A program made the position numbers and the translations under genes. Below are positions 11,770 through 23,800 of a stretch of 64,000 nt of DNA, one piece after another (positions within the stretch are counted from its first letter, which is position 1; each line of letters opens with the position of its first letter). The stretch lies in the NCBI GenBank assembly GCA_044892525.1, contig CM097887.1, positions 71,176,001-71,240,000 on the forward strand, written 5' to 3'. Source of the DNA: Schmidtea polychroa. Lineage: Eukaryota. The notes beneath the pieces were generated by a model. It saw nothing but the letters and a program-made list of their open reading frames with translations, had not been told where the DNA came from and searched no databases.

Positions 11770-14700
11770 TTAATAGTTAAAGTAATTAATTACTTGTTGT
11801 GTGTATGAATGTAGGTGTTTTTACCTGTATGGACTTATGATGGATCAAGTCTTATGTTTCATAATCAGAATTGCATAACTGGAAATATCTTAGATACATA
11901 AATATTAATACTTATATTTATGTTGTAATGAAATATAATTTAAGAACTCAGTTTTTATCTTATATAACAAACAAAAGGAAAGATTATTTATCCTATAGAT
12001 CCTACCTTAGAGGTTCTACTCAAAATATGAATGAATGTTAAATATTATATTTGGGAACTTGTAGATTGTTTAAATTTAAATGAATGGAATTAAAAAATTA
12101 ATTTTCAAAATTTTGCAAGCTGTTTAAAGAAAATTTTAGTAATTTCTTTTTGTCCATTAGTGTTTAACGCGCTTTGATAATTGAATATATCCCTAATAGA
12201 AATAGCAATTTTTTGTCATTAGTTTAAGCCATTAGACTGTAACATAGATGATGTGCTTTTCATTTAAGAATGCTCTTAAAATGTTTCAAGTAATTTAATT
12301 AAAATATCCCTCTGAAATTTAACTAGTTCTGACTTGAAAATTTTAAATATGCATAAAATAATATTGTGAATATGAATGAATTAATTAGGGAAAAATTCCT
12401 TGATTTATTTTCTAACAGTAAATTAATTTCATTCTTACACTTTATTTGATAAATAAATTAATTTAATTTATTAATTATTGCCTCTGGTTTAAATACTATT
12501 TTAATTTTATTTATTTTCATTTCTTTTTCAGACCATTTATCAATATTTTAGTTTAGATTTTACAAAAATTATATATGAACATTTGAAAAAGGTGAAAATT
12601 AGTGGTGAAAATTAGCATTAAAGATATTAAAAAATAATAATCGTTGGTCTAAAAATTAAAAGAAGGTACAGTAGATTGCACAAATACCAATGGTGAAAGA
12701 GATAAATAATTCTACTAATATTTTAATTTTAAATTTTTAAATAAAAAATTAGAAAAATAATATTTACCAATTTATTATTATACATATAATTATTATACGT
12801 ATAAATCAGGTTTATTTCATAAAAATTAAAAATATATTCACGTATCGTCGAAAAGAACTAAAAGATTCATCATCACTAAATGCTGGAATAAATCTTAAAA
12901 ATTGATAAACATCATGACAGACAATGTCATACTGTATTAAAGATGTATCAGAAAATAGTATTGATGAGAACTATATATTCTTTAAAAAAACAAATAACAA
13001 TTCAACGCATCATATATGAATTCAATCTTAAAATAATATTTTAAACAGCTGGTCTATCTGCTTTACGTTATACCGATCATTTAAAAAAATCAAGTTTTCT
13101 TAAATTGTCTTTGTAATTCTGTAATTTTAAGTCTTTTTCTGTCGTTGGTTCTATGTACTTATAATTTTCTTTTATGTCCTTCATTTCTCAAATTTGTTTC
13201 TTTAATTACAAGATCCTATTTCTAAATAATTAACAGTTTTTATATTGAAGTTTTTATAAAGCTTTATTATATTGTTTAAACTAAGCAAATATATTTCTAT
13301 ATTTTCCTTCATTTCTAAAGTACTATCAGTAAAAATTAAAAGTGATTTACAAAGGCAAATACAATTAATAAGGAAAACAAATTTTTCGGCATAACATTTA
13401 TTTTGAAAAATAACCCTTACACATAAGCTTTAAAAGTATTTAAATAATGCTGCTTTATGTACATGATCAAAATTTATGCGTGAACACATAAGTTCCATGC
13501 CCATGATAATTAATTGCTAACATGTCTATATAGATTTATCACAATAATAAAATAACCCCATATGTAAATAAAAGGCTCGTATATTACTTAGAATTATGAA
13601 AGTTTATATCTATTTTAAATTTAATTTCTCCATATATATTCTTTTAAATTTACCGAAAATTATTGGATCAATATGTTACAAAACCGATTTATAATGTTTC
13701 TAATCCGTTCTGTACACAAATTTTCATCTGAACATCCGTCTTCTTTGGCAGTCAATTTCTAATAACTAAAATCTAAATTTTTTATGAAAATTAAACCTAA
13801 ATAGTTAATAGAATGCTGATGGAAATTATTTTAAAATTATAAAATCCGAAATTTAAGACTAATTGTATCGAATTGAGTTGTTTAAATAATCAGTTAATAG
13901 GATAAACTCCATTCAAAAGCTATTTAAAAGTCGACATCATTTTATTTTAAAGTATTTTTACGCGATATTTGATTTTATCAAATAAATTTTAAAATCTTCC
14001 TACATTATATTTCAGAATTTTGGTAAGTTTCTTCATGGATTTTATAATTTTGTTAAATTTTGAATTATTTAACGCTATAATGCTTGTTAATTTAAATTGT
14101 AAAATAAATAACTAAATTACATTTTTATATCTATTTTAAATCTTGAATGACGTGTAAGACAACACAGGAAATATAAGTAGGGAATATTTTTATAAAGATT
14201 TTTAGAAGTTTCATATGAATTTGTGTTATGCAGTTTAACTCGTAATTGTCGAGGGATTATGAAGTTTCTGAATTGCAGTCTCGATTTGCATAATTTAGAG
14301 ATTGATTTAAATGTATAGAAAATTCATATAACTATGAATATAAATTTAAGTGAAATTTTGCGAAAGTTTATCATTTTGTCGGTTGAAAATTAGCATAGTT
14401 TAAAATATTTTTTAAAACTTTTAAAAACACACTAAATCTTTTGTAACTTTGAAAACCATGTCCTTATTCAATTCAAATGCTCATAGGCTTTCCCACATTT
14501 ATTGTAATTATGACATAACCGATTGTTGATTTTCCCACTGATTCCGCTTTTCCCCACCCCTTTTTGTCGATACCGGAATCGGTCCGATTAATCGGAGCTA
14601 ATTAATGTTAATTTAATAATTGATTTTTGTGTGCTGGTCGCATGGGTGACTGGACTGGCGGCTGGTTAACAACAACAATAAAACGAACTAATAAATTAAA

Positions 14701-15017
14701 TTACATTTTTTAAATTGTTATTTTATATTTTGTAAATAAAATTATTAAGTTGTAATACAAAATAAATTAAATTATAGACCATTACGATAAAGATGCAAAT
14801 CCAAACAAACCAAGCTCCACATAGCGTCTCATCAAAATAAACAATCTTGTTGTTGTTCTTGGATTTAGACAAAGAGAACGAAAAAGTAGCATAGAGTAGT
14901 CCAATAAAATAATTTAAATATGTAAATTTATTTAAACCTTACCTTAATTATAATAATAAATGTTACTCTGTCAACCGACGAGTTTTGCTCTAAAATCTTT
15001 AATATTCTACCTTAGCC

Positions 15018-17374
15018 CAGTGATGGGGGAACTTTTCATCGATTGGGTCAATTTCGATTTGAGTACGGGTCAAAAAAAATTAAGTCAAAACATTTTTGTT
15101 ATTAAATATATTTTACACATATATTTGTTATAAAAAAGAAAATGGAAATTAATATATTTTCATCTTGATGGCAGTTCCGTACTGTTCAGTTCTATTCCAT
15201 ACTCCAAAAATAATACAAATAAATTTTTATTTTATTTTAGAAAAACTTACAATTACTAAAATTATATTGCTCTTATTTTTTTAACATGAAATTGTGATTG
15301 TTTTTCTATAATTTCATCGAATTTAGGCTCCATTCGAGAAGAACTTATTCTTAAAATTGAACCAAGGTGACTATCAGTAAGTCTATTTCGGACTGAAATT
15401 TTTCTGAGCTTCATTGTCGAAAATACTTGTTCACATATATATGATGATCTAAACATCGCCATCATTTTTTGTGCATGCAAAACCGAATTCGGGAATAACG
15501 TTTTATTCAAATTTTTTATAAAATTCTAATTTTGGTACATTTTTAAACATTTGCTTCAATTCAATACTATTTTGGAACTCAATTAATTCTATTTAAAATT
15601 TGGGTTCGACTTCTTCAGCATTTACCAAAAATGAAGTTGAAAAAATGTTTATATCATTTTCTATTTGTTTGAAATATGCAAAACGTTATGTAACTGCGTA
15701 AGCTGTTCTGCATATAGTTTTAATTTATTATTAATATGATTTCTTGTTAAAAGTTTAGGAAAATGAGTTAAATCATTTTTAGGATCTGATTTTTGAAAAG
15801 TGCTAGTTGGACCTTAAAAGCCATAGCACGTCAATAAATTGGTTTTTCCCTTGAAGTTTTATATTTAGTTTATTTAAATAACTAAAGAAATCAGTGAAAA
15901 AAGCGAAATTTGAAATCCAGTCATTATCTTCAAACATTAAAATTTTTTCTTTTTTATTGGTTTTTCGAAAAAACAAAATTATTTCATCTTTTAAGTGCCA
16001 AACCCTTTCGAATACCATCGCACTTTTGTATAATAAATCTGATCGGAATATTCAGTATCTACAGATTGTAGAAAGTCTTGAAATTGTCTATGATTAAGTG
16101 CTCTGGAACGTATAAAATTGATAATAGATACAATAATTTCAAGCACTTCTTTCACGTTAAGAGCTGCGTTGCATAAAGCGTCTTGGTGAATTATACAATG
16201 CAGAAACACAACTAAAACTTCTGGATATTCTTTCTTGAAAGTTCCTTTGAAACCAATATTTTTGCCAATCATATTTGTTGCACCATCAGTTGTAATATTA
16301 ACTAACTTATTAATATTTAAATTTAAGGGCGTTATGCTCTTTTTGAATTCTCTGAATATATCTAAACCTGTAGTAGTTCCTTTTAAAGATTGTAGAGAAA
16401 GTAGCTCTTCTGTCATATGGAAATTCTTATTTACACCCCTAATAAATATTAGAAGTTGTGCAGTATCGCTGATATCAGTATTTTCGTCAATTGTTATAGA
16501 AAATAAAGTAGAATTAGTAGATTTTTTTAAACAAACCCGAGTATAAATTTCCATCTATTTTTTCGGTAATAACCCTACGTGACAACAACACTGAAATCCT
16601 TTTTATTCTCAGAGTGATATTATCACACATTGCCAATACACAGTCACAAATTCACCATCAGCAAATGTCTTGTTAGATTGAGCAATTTTAAACGCCACTG
16701 CATGACTTGCTTTTGTAGCTGATTTTTGCGAAGCAGTCATTTTAGTGACTAGATTACGTTGTGCACTAAGTGACTTTATTAGCTCATTAACTCGGGCTTC
16801 TTTTTAAATTTTAGTCAGAGCCACATAAGAAGAGGAACCATGTATTGTATTAAAATGTGTTGAAATGTTATATTCTTTAGGCACGGAAACATTTTCATTA
16901 CATAACAAGCACAAAGGCTTATTTTTATACATTGTAAAACAATATTTCCATTTCCATTCCTCATTAAAGCTTCTATATTCCGAATCCTTCTTTCTTTTCT
17001 TACCTTCACTACTCATTTCAGATTTCACACGATTTTTTAATTTAAAAGAAACACACTTATATTAATATTATTCAAAAGTTTAAATAAAAATAATTGTAAA
17101 CAGTTCTTACATAAAAACTTCACCCAAAAAGTAATTAAATATGAATGCAAAATAACATGTTAAAACATTAAAATTATAAAACAATTGGAACTAAAATTTT
17201 GTAATTTCAAAATTTAAAAATTTCTGATCAACTGAATATATTATTTTCGTTACGTTAAAACATTAAAAAATAAAAAAAGATTAAAATTTTTATTTTAACT
17301 TTTTTATCAAATATTTTGGATCGAAGAGTGGGCCAAATTGAAAGCTCGCGCGGTCCATAGTTCCCCCATCACTA
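15018..17374 (-). mobile_element. hAT SPIN/GTF2IRD2-like (Buster) transposon, frameshifted
   Basis: Fragments KYCFTMYKNKPLCLLC, FSITIDENTD...HCIIHQ, RVWHLKDEI, SSYICEQVFSTMK. TIR CAGTGATGGGGGAAC / GTTCCCCCATCACTA (14/15); degenerate TSD CCTTAGCC/CCATAATC. Confidence 0.92.
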
Positions 17375-17394
17375 CCATAATCGAAGTTTACAAC

Positions 17395-17760
17395 CTCCAA
17401 CTTTTTTTTGTAGAAACAACAGCATTTCTGTTTTTGAGGCCGATGTGGATGAACGTTTGTCGCTGCATATATTGTCAGCCATACTGAAGTTTCTTTCACT
17501 GTCGACGCTCGATGGTGGTGTCGCGCCTACTCGCTTGGCAATCTTAGAGGAAAAGCATGTTCCCTAGTTTTCCAAAATAAATTACTGAATCTTTCGGGGG
17601 TGACATCCTCATTTGGTTTGTTTCCTTGATGTACGCATTCACTTCAATTTGGCACTTCAAATTTAAATCTATTGAAGGTAGTTCTGACTCTGGATTTGTT
17701 TCGTTGCGCATGCGGAAGTTAGTAACTCGTCGTAATACGATTCTAGTGACATATAAGGAG
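17395..17760 (-). mobile_element. hAT C-terminal dimerisation-domain fragment (separate element)
   Basis: Minus-strand IAKRVGATPPSSVDSERNFSMADNICSDKRSS...EMLLFLQK, preceded by frameshifted EVNAYIKE...FWKTREHAFP; not in the ORF track. Confidence 0.8.
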
Positions 17761-17762
17761 CT

Positions 17763-19390
17763 ATGTTGAATTTTTTTGGCCGAGAATCTTTAAATGAAAT
17801 ATTAGCTAAATGTGCAGCTAAGGATGGATTTAGTATCAGAGGAGTAACATTATCTGAAGCTATACGAGGTTTTGTAAGAAGCCGGAACTACGAAATGCCA
17901 AGAAGTGAAACAACGGTGATGAAGCACATTATACAATTTTATGAAGATAAAAAGAGAGAACTTATTTCCTTTTTTAAGGAACAAAAATCAGTAAAAAGAT
18001 TTAGTATTACGATAGATGAGTGGAGTGATATTAATGTGAAAAGATATATGAATCTTACAATTCACTCAACAGGAATGTATCCTAGCGTTCTTGGCCTCGT
18101 ACCTATCGAGGGTTCTTGCGATTGCGATGTCACAATAGAGCTAGTCAAAGACAGGCTTGTGGATTTTGGAATCGATATGAATTCAGATGTTGTCGCATCG
18201 ACCCATGATGGTGCTTCAGTTATGGTGAAATACGGGAAAAAAATTCAAGATTTTTCTCAACTGTGTTATAACCATAGTATCCATCTTGGTGTCCTTGATG
18301 TATTCTATAAAAAAAGGTTGCAGCCAAAGATGTTGATGCTGAAGTCGGTAATTCAAATGAAGAATTCCAAGACGATGATGACTATTCTGATGAATGTGAT
18401 AATATTGGGCACGTTGATTTATTTGTTTCTGACTCCAATTTAAATTTTGATGATGAAACTATAAGTGATATTCCCGAAATCCGTAATGATATTGAAGTCG
18501 TTCTAGCTGAGACTCGAAAAATAATAAAATTTTTTAAAAAGTCATCTGTAAGAAACAGTATTCTACAAAAACATATATTTGTGCAAGGTAAAAAACTTCG
18601 CTTGTTACTCGATTGCAAGACTCGCTGGAATTCTATGCTTCCTATGATAAATAGTTTTTTTAAATTGAGTAACTGTATAAATACAGCCTTAATTGAACTA
18701 GGTCAAGAACAATTTTGTAGTGCAAATATCGATGTTTTAAAGGAAATATCGCAAGTTCTCGGACCTATAGAGCTTGCCGTAAAGGAATTAAGTAAAAAAG
18801 ACAGCAACTTACTTATTGCTGAGGGGGTTTTCATATTTCTTTTCAGTAGATTGCAACAGGTTAATGCAGAACTAGCAAATGAAATGTTTCATGCCCTAAA
18901 GATAAGAATTAATGAAAGGCGAAACAAAGATAGTATATCTTTATTGTTTTTTTTACAAAGTGGTATCTATCCTAATTCGCAGACTAATAACTATTTAACG
19001 TATTCTTCAAAGTATTCAGTAAAGTCGTTAGCAAAGGAGACAATTGAAAGATAGTTTTGTGCATCTGATAATCAAGTTGAAATTGAAAACAGAGAATAAA
19101 CTGATTCAAAACCTGAAGTGTCTACTTTGGATGAAATGCAAAATACCATCAATTCGATTATGGCAGTACCACAAGAGGGCAGCAGAATGTCATCGTTGGA
19201 AAAGGAACTAAAGCTAATCGAAGTAAATCGTGGGAAAAAGGGATTTCATACAGAAAAATTGTACCAGGCTTTACTTACCAACATAGAGTGAAAGAGTTTT
19301 TTCAGTAGCATCTAGCTTTTTAACTAAGGTTCACAATCAATTAAAAGTGGAAACCTTAGATAGACTAGTATTTCTTAGATATTTTTTTAA
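17763..19390 (+). mobile_element. hAT (Ac/zinc-finger-BED clade) transposase, 5'-truncated and disrupted
   Basis: SITIDEWS, THDGASVM, CYNHSIHL, DCKTRWNS, and a decayed SERVFS tail near 19290. Confidence 0.9.
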
Positions 19391-19501
19391 ATAAAAAATG
19401 AACTGTTTAAATGCATCCTCTTTTTTTTCTAAAAATATTATGTGGTTTTTTTATTTTGCTTAATACAAAAATTATATTACCTGAGTATTATTGCCTTACA
19501 G

Positions 19502-19668
19502 CAGGGGTCTCGAACACGCGGCCCGCTGCGTTACATTTGGCGGCCCGCAACGAAAAAACATAGATTTGTAATTTAACCAAACTTATTTAACAATTAAAAT
19601 CATAATTGGCTGTATAAATTAAAACTTATCTTTTTAATTATTTTTATTTATACATATGACGTTATACA

Positions 19669-19732
<64 letters not shown>

Positions 19733-19901
19733 AATAATAAAAAAATGTTTTTTAGTTTTGTTGAGTTTTTAATTAAATAAATATTAACGTCGGAGTTTCA
19801 GACTCCACATGTTCTGAAAAACAATTATTTATGTTGCGGCCCGCCGGCTCATAATACTAGTCTAATGCGGCCCGCAAGCCAGTTTGAGTTTGAAACCCCT
19901 G
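19502..19901. mobile_element. hAT (Buster/Charlie-type) MITE containing a (TTA)n microsatellite
   Basis: TIR CAGGGGTCTCGAAC / GTTTGAAACCCCTG; perfect TSD CCTTACAG; subterminal GCGGCCCGC repeats; (TTA)n at ~19668-19730. Confidence 0.92.
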
Positions 19902-20500
19902 CCTTACAGTAAGTTTTTATGCGTACCTATTCAACAATAGATGCAATTTTATATTCTAAACTGCCATTCTGTTTATCATGACCTTATGTAAATCTCTCTA
20001 TATTAACTTCGCTGATGTTTTTATATTTCCACACAAATTTTGTGAGGTCAAATTCAGTAGATTCGTTGCCGAAGACACTACATCCTATCAAAATTTCAGA
20101 TCGATCAGATCACGGAAAGCAGATTAATTTAAAAAATATTGATTTGTAAAATCTAGTGTTATTTTTGTTTATTTCAATATAAATTCTTATTTATTCACTA
20201 ATTTCGGATTAAAGAGATAACGTAATTATATCTAAAATATGTTATAAATTTGAACCAAAAATTGATAGGATTATCACATTATCATAATCACATCATTTAG
20301 GGTTTTGTTTGGTAACGCAAAAAAAGTGATTTTAAGTAATAATAAAAATTTGAGAACGCATATTTTACTTTTGCATAAAATTAAGAGTTTCAAAAACCAT
20401 GTTTTTATGGTTGATTTTTTTTCTTTCTAAATTTGGAAATCTCTAATAATTCAAATTTTGTAATTTATGTTTTCTATATATAGGTAGAAAGTAAGTGAAT

Positions 20501-20842
20501 ATGACAGCGAATTTATTTGGAATGTTCGATAGGCCAATATTGTATAAAAATCAAAATTATACAAAGATTAAAAGTCAGCTTCTCGAAACCAACACTTTGT
20601 TCACTGATAAAGAATTTCCACCGAATTTAACTTCTTTGTTTTCAACATTAAGTAATTACGATTTAACTCAAAATGAGGAGTTGAACAGTATTCGTTGGAA
20701 AAGACCAGGACAAATTTGTGAAAATCCCTATTTATTTGTCAATGGAGTTTCAACAAATGATGTTTTACAGGGTCGACTAGGGAATTGCTGGTTCGTAGCA
20801 GCATGTACATGCATAACGGTTTATCGGGAAAACTGGATGATG
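20501..20842 (+). CDS. CAPN5: CAPN5 coding exon 1 ([12 protein letters not shown]...[13 protein letters not shown]...NWMM)
   Basis: Acceptor TATAG ends at 20483 upstream of the ATG at 20501; catalytic Cys motif; 342 nt; donor GTTAAA at 20843, phase 0. Confidence 0.9.
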
Positions 20843-23800
20843 GTTAAAATAATTATATTATTTTCCCTAATCTTTTAAAGAGTTTCAATTTTTCTGAAAT
20901 ATTTGTTATTTCATTATTAATGAATTACATTTTTTAAATAGTTTTAATATTTGATTTTAAAATATTAAGGATTTTTGTTGCTGCCACTCTAATGATGGTG
21001 TACCAACAATTGTAACTTAATTTTCCCCTGGTATGCCATTGATACGTCCGTAATAGTTTGCACCTATTTATAAATCATTGGATTTATTTTGAAGTTATAT
21101 TTTTTTAACTTCTAAAATAAAAAAAATTATTTTATTTTAAAATTTGTGAATTGATTTGTGAATTGAATTAAATTAAATATAATCAATAATTTAATTAATA
21201 TGCAATTGATTATTTGACAAAGTTAATGGATTATTATAACTAATATATGTAAATATCGTAATGTAAATTTTATACACCATGTAGTACCTCTGACTTGCTA
21301 ATTAATAAATATATCAATTTAATAATTAAATTAAAAATACATTATTGAATTAATTAAATTAAAATAATTGTTGAAATATTGTGATTTGATCATCAATGCT
21401 TTGCATAAAATTCTTTCCCGCTTATTAATAAAGTTTTTATAACACATTTTTATGTCAAAATCTGTAAAAGTTTTAAATGGATTTAGGACCCAAAAGGTTT
21501 AGTGTCTGATCTAGTGTATAAGTCTTCATCTAATGGGTGAAATACCGCATACATTGTAAAGTCTTCTCGTCATCTCCACTCACGGATTCAAGACTAGAAA
21601 CCCAATCGATATAAAATTATTATATTCGTATTTATCTTTTCATTCACTCCCTATTCATACCTGTTTTTCCAGAGAGTTTTGAAACTGGTTTTAATTTCGT
21701 TTTAACTTTTTTTGCATTTAATTTTCTGTTCTTCGTAACTCTATGCAATACCAATAATAGTAATAATAATATATAATTAATTACAATATATTTGCAATCA
21801 CAATTAATAATGAAAGATGTTACGCACGAACATATAACCAAAATTATCAGTTTTTTTTAATTTTAATATTTTAATTTTCTTTGTTAAATTCTTTGAATGA
21901 AATTTTTGTTTTTATGTGTGTAGAATTTGATTCTATAAAGAAATATATAAATAAATATATCGAAAAAACTTTTCAATTGCAGATTATACAGTTGCACCTC
22001 CAAACCAGTTGCCCCATACATTGTCATTAGCATTATCTGATAAATCCAGATAATTAAATGAATTGCCTTTAATAACACGAACAAATTTGGGATAATCCTA
22101 TGGTTAATTAAATATTAAAATAATTTAGAAGTACAAAAATTCATTAAAGAATTCATGAAACGGGTGGATCCGACTATCAACACTCGCCGCCTTGTTCAAA
22201 TCACTTTATCTGAATTTGACTTAAATTTAAAATCTTGTTTCGAATTATTTGCTCAATTTATTTACTTAACTTTCTCAGAATTATAATTAAAATTTTAAGA
22301 ATTTAGTTTGGAGTATTAAGAAATTAAATTTTTACAAGAATAATTAAAATATAAATTTTTAATCATTAAAAATAATTTTTTTTTGAAAACATCTTATTTG
22401 CATTTAACCTCAGTTATGTCGTTACCAATTTTGGGAAATATTAAAGCAATATAGTTGGTCACCACACTTTTAGATCAGGGTATAAAGGTACTAAGAAAAT
22501 TTGCTTTTAATAAATAAATTCTAACAAGAGTTTGTTTTTAAATATTATTAATATTATTTTATTCTTTCGAGTCGTTTGAAAATGTATAATCAATATTACA
22601 TAATGTATACCTAATGGATCGGACCATTTTGTGTTCTGGCTCTATTTTGCACATTTTATTGATGCTGTCATTTCTTATAACACTCACCTGACTCATTTCC
22701 TTCTGTTACCCTCTCTTCCGCATATAGCTGCCAAATTTTACGTTTACTTAAGTATTTAATGTTGACAAATCTAGCATCAAGAGGTTAATTAACCTTGTTA
22801 AAACAAATCAACTTTAAAAATACTTTTGTACACTTGCATCTTTTGTTTAAAATCTTGCTATTCATTATGATCTCTTTAGTGTATCTTATAGACAGCCGGT
22901 ATAGTAATTTCATCAAACATCTACGTGGTTTATTTTTTAATTATTATTTAGAAAACTTTTTCTGAACTACCTAAAAACCTTAAAGTAGTGAAACATGGTC
23001 AGTATGTCTCAAATTTTAATTTCCAGAAAATCGCGATTCTTGCGGTTTATTATTAGTAAAATGTTTTTAAGCTTGATTGAAAATTTATTTTTAGGGTTTT
23101 TAACGAAAGTTTAATTTAAAAATAAATATTGATAAGAACTTTTAATTAAAATAAAAAAATATAATGAAAAATACATCATTTAGACAAATAAATAAAATAA
23201 GAATATTATTCACTTCGTTAAAACAATTATTATTTTAATTTTCTGTGGGAATGTATTTTGTCAACAACTATGATTTTCTGGGATTTTTTGGCTTCTGCCA
23301 AACTGCTCGTGTTACACTATTGTCCTATATTTCTTCATTCAAACAAATATTAAATGACGCGTTTCCCTATTACATATCTGCAGTTGTTTACACCAATAAA
23401 AACATGGGAATGGCTTTTTAGAATCTAGTTGTAAATACTTAATTCACGATTTAAAATAGATTGTTCGTGTTTGTATTGTCCGCGCNNNNNNNNNNNNNNN
23501 NNNNNNNNNNNNNNNNNNNNNNNNNNNNNNNNNNNNNNNNNNNNNNNNNNNNNNNNNNNNNNNNNNNNNNNNNNNNNNNNNNNNNNNNNNNNNNNNNNNN
23601 NNNNNNNNNNNNNACATTTAATCGGTCAATATTGTTTCTTTAACAAGATGCCAGTGTCCTCAAAATGTAACGAGTTACACCAATGTATCCTCATAAAGTT
23701 TTGATGTAAGCATGATAACCTTTTTATTGAAAAGAACTCAGGAAATAATAAATGAAACTAGTAATAGTAATGTTAAAATGCACGATCTACTTAACACATG

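Noticed and set aside
14560-14600. Palindrome TCCGATTAATCGGA as a regulatory site or ncRNA
   Set aside because: Resembles ordinary hAT subterminal CCGATT repeats; no further support.
14770-14920. Minus-strand hydrophobic frame FIGLLYATFS..WFVWICIFIVMVY
   Set aside because: No acceptor or start codon; T-rich composition alone can give such peptides.
21990-22090. [11 protein letters not shown] as a PolB motif B
   Set aside because: No other polymerase motifs nearby and the conserved K and N are missing.
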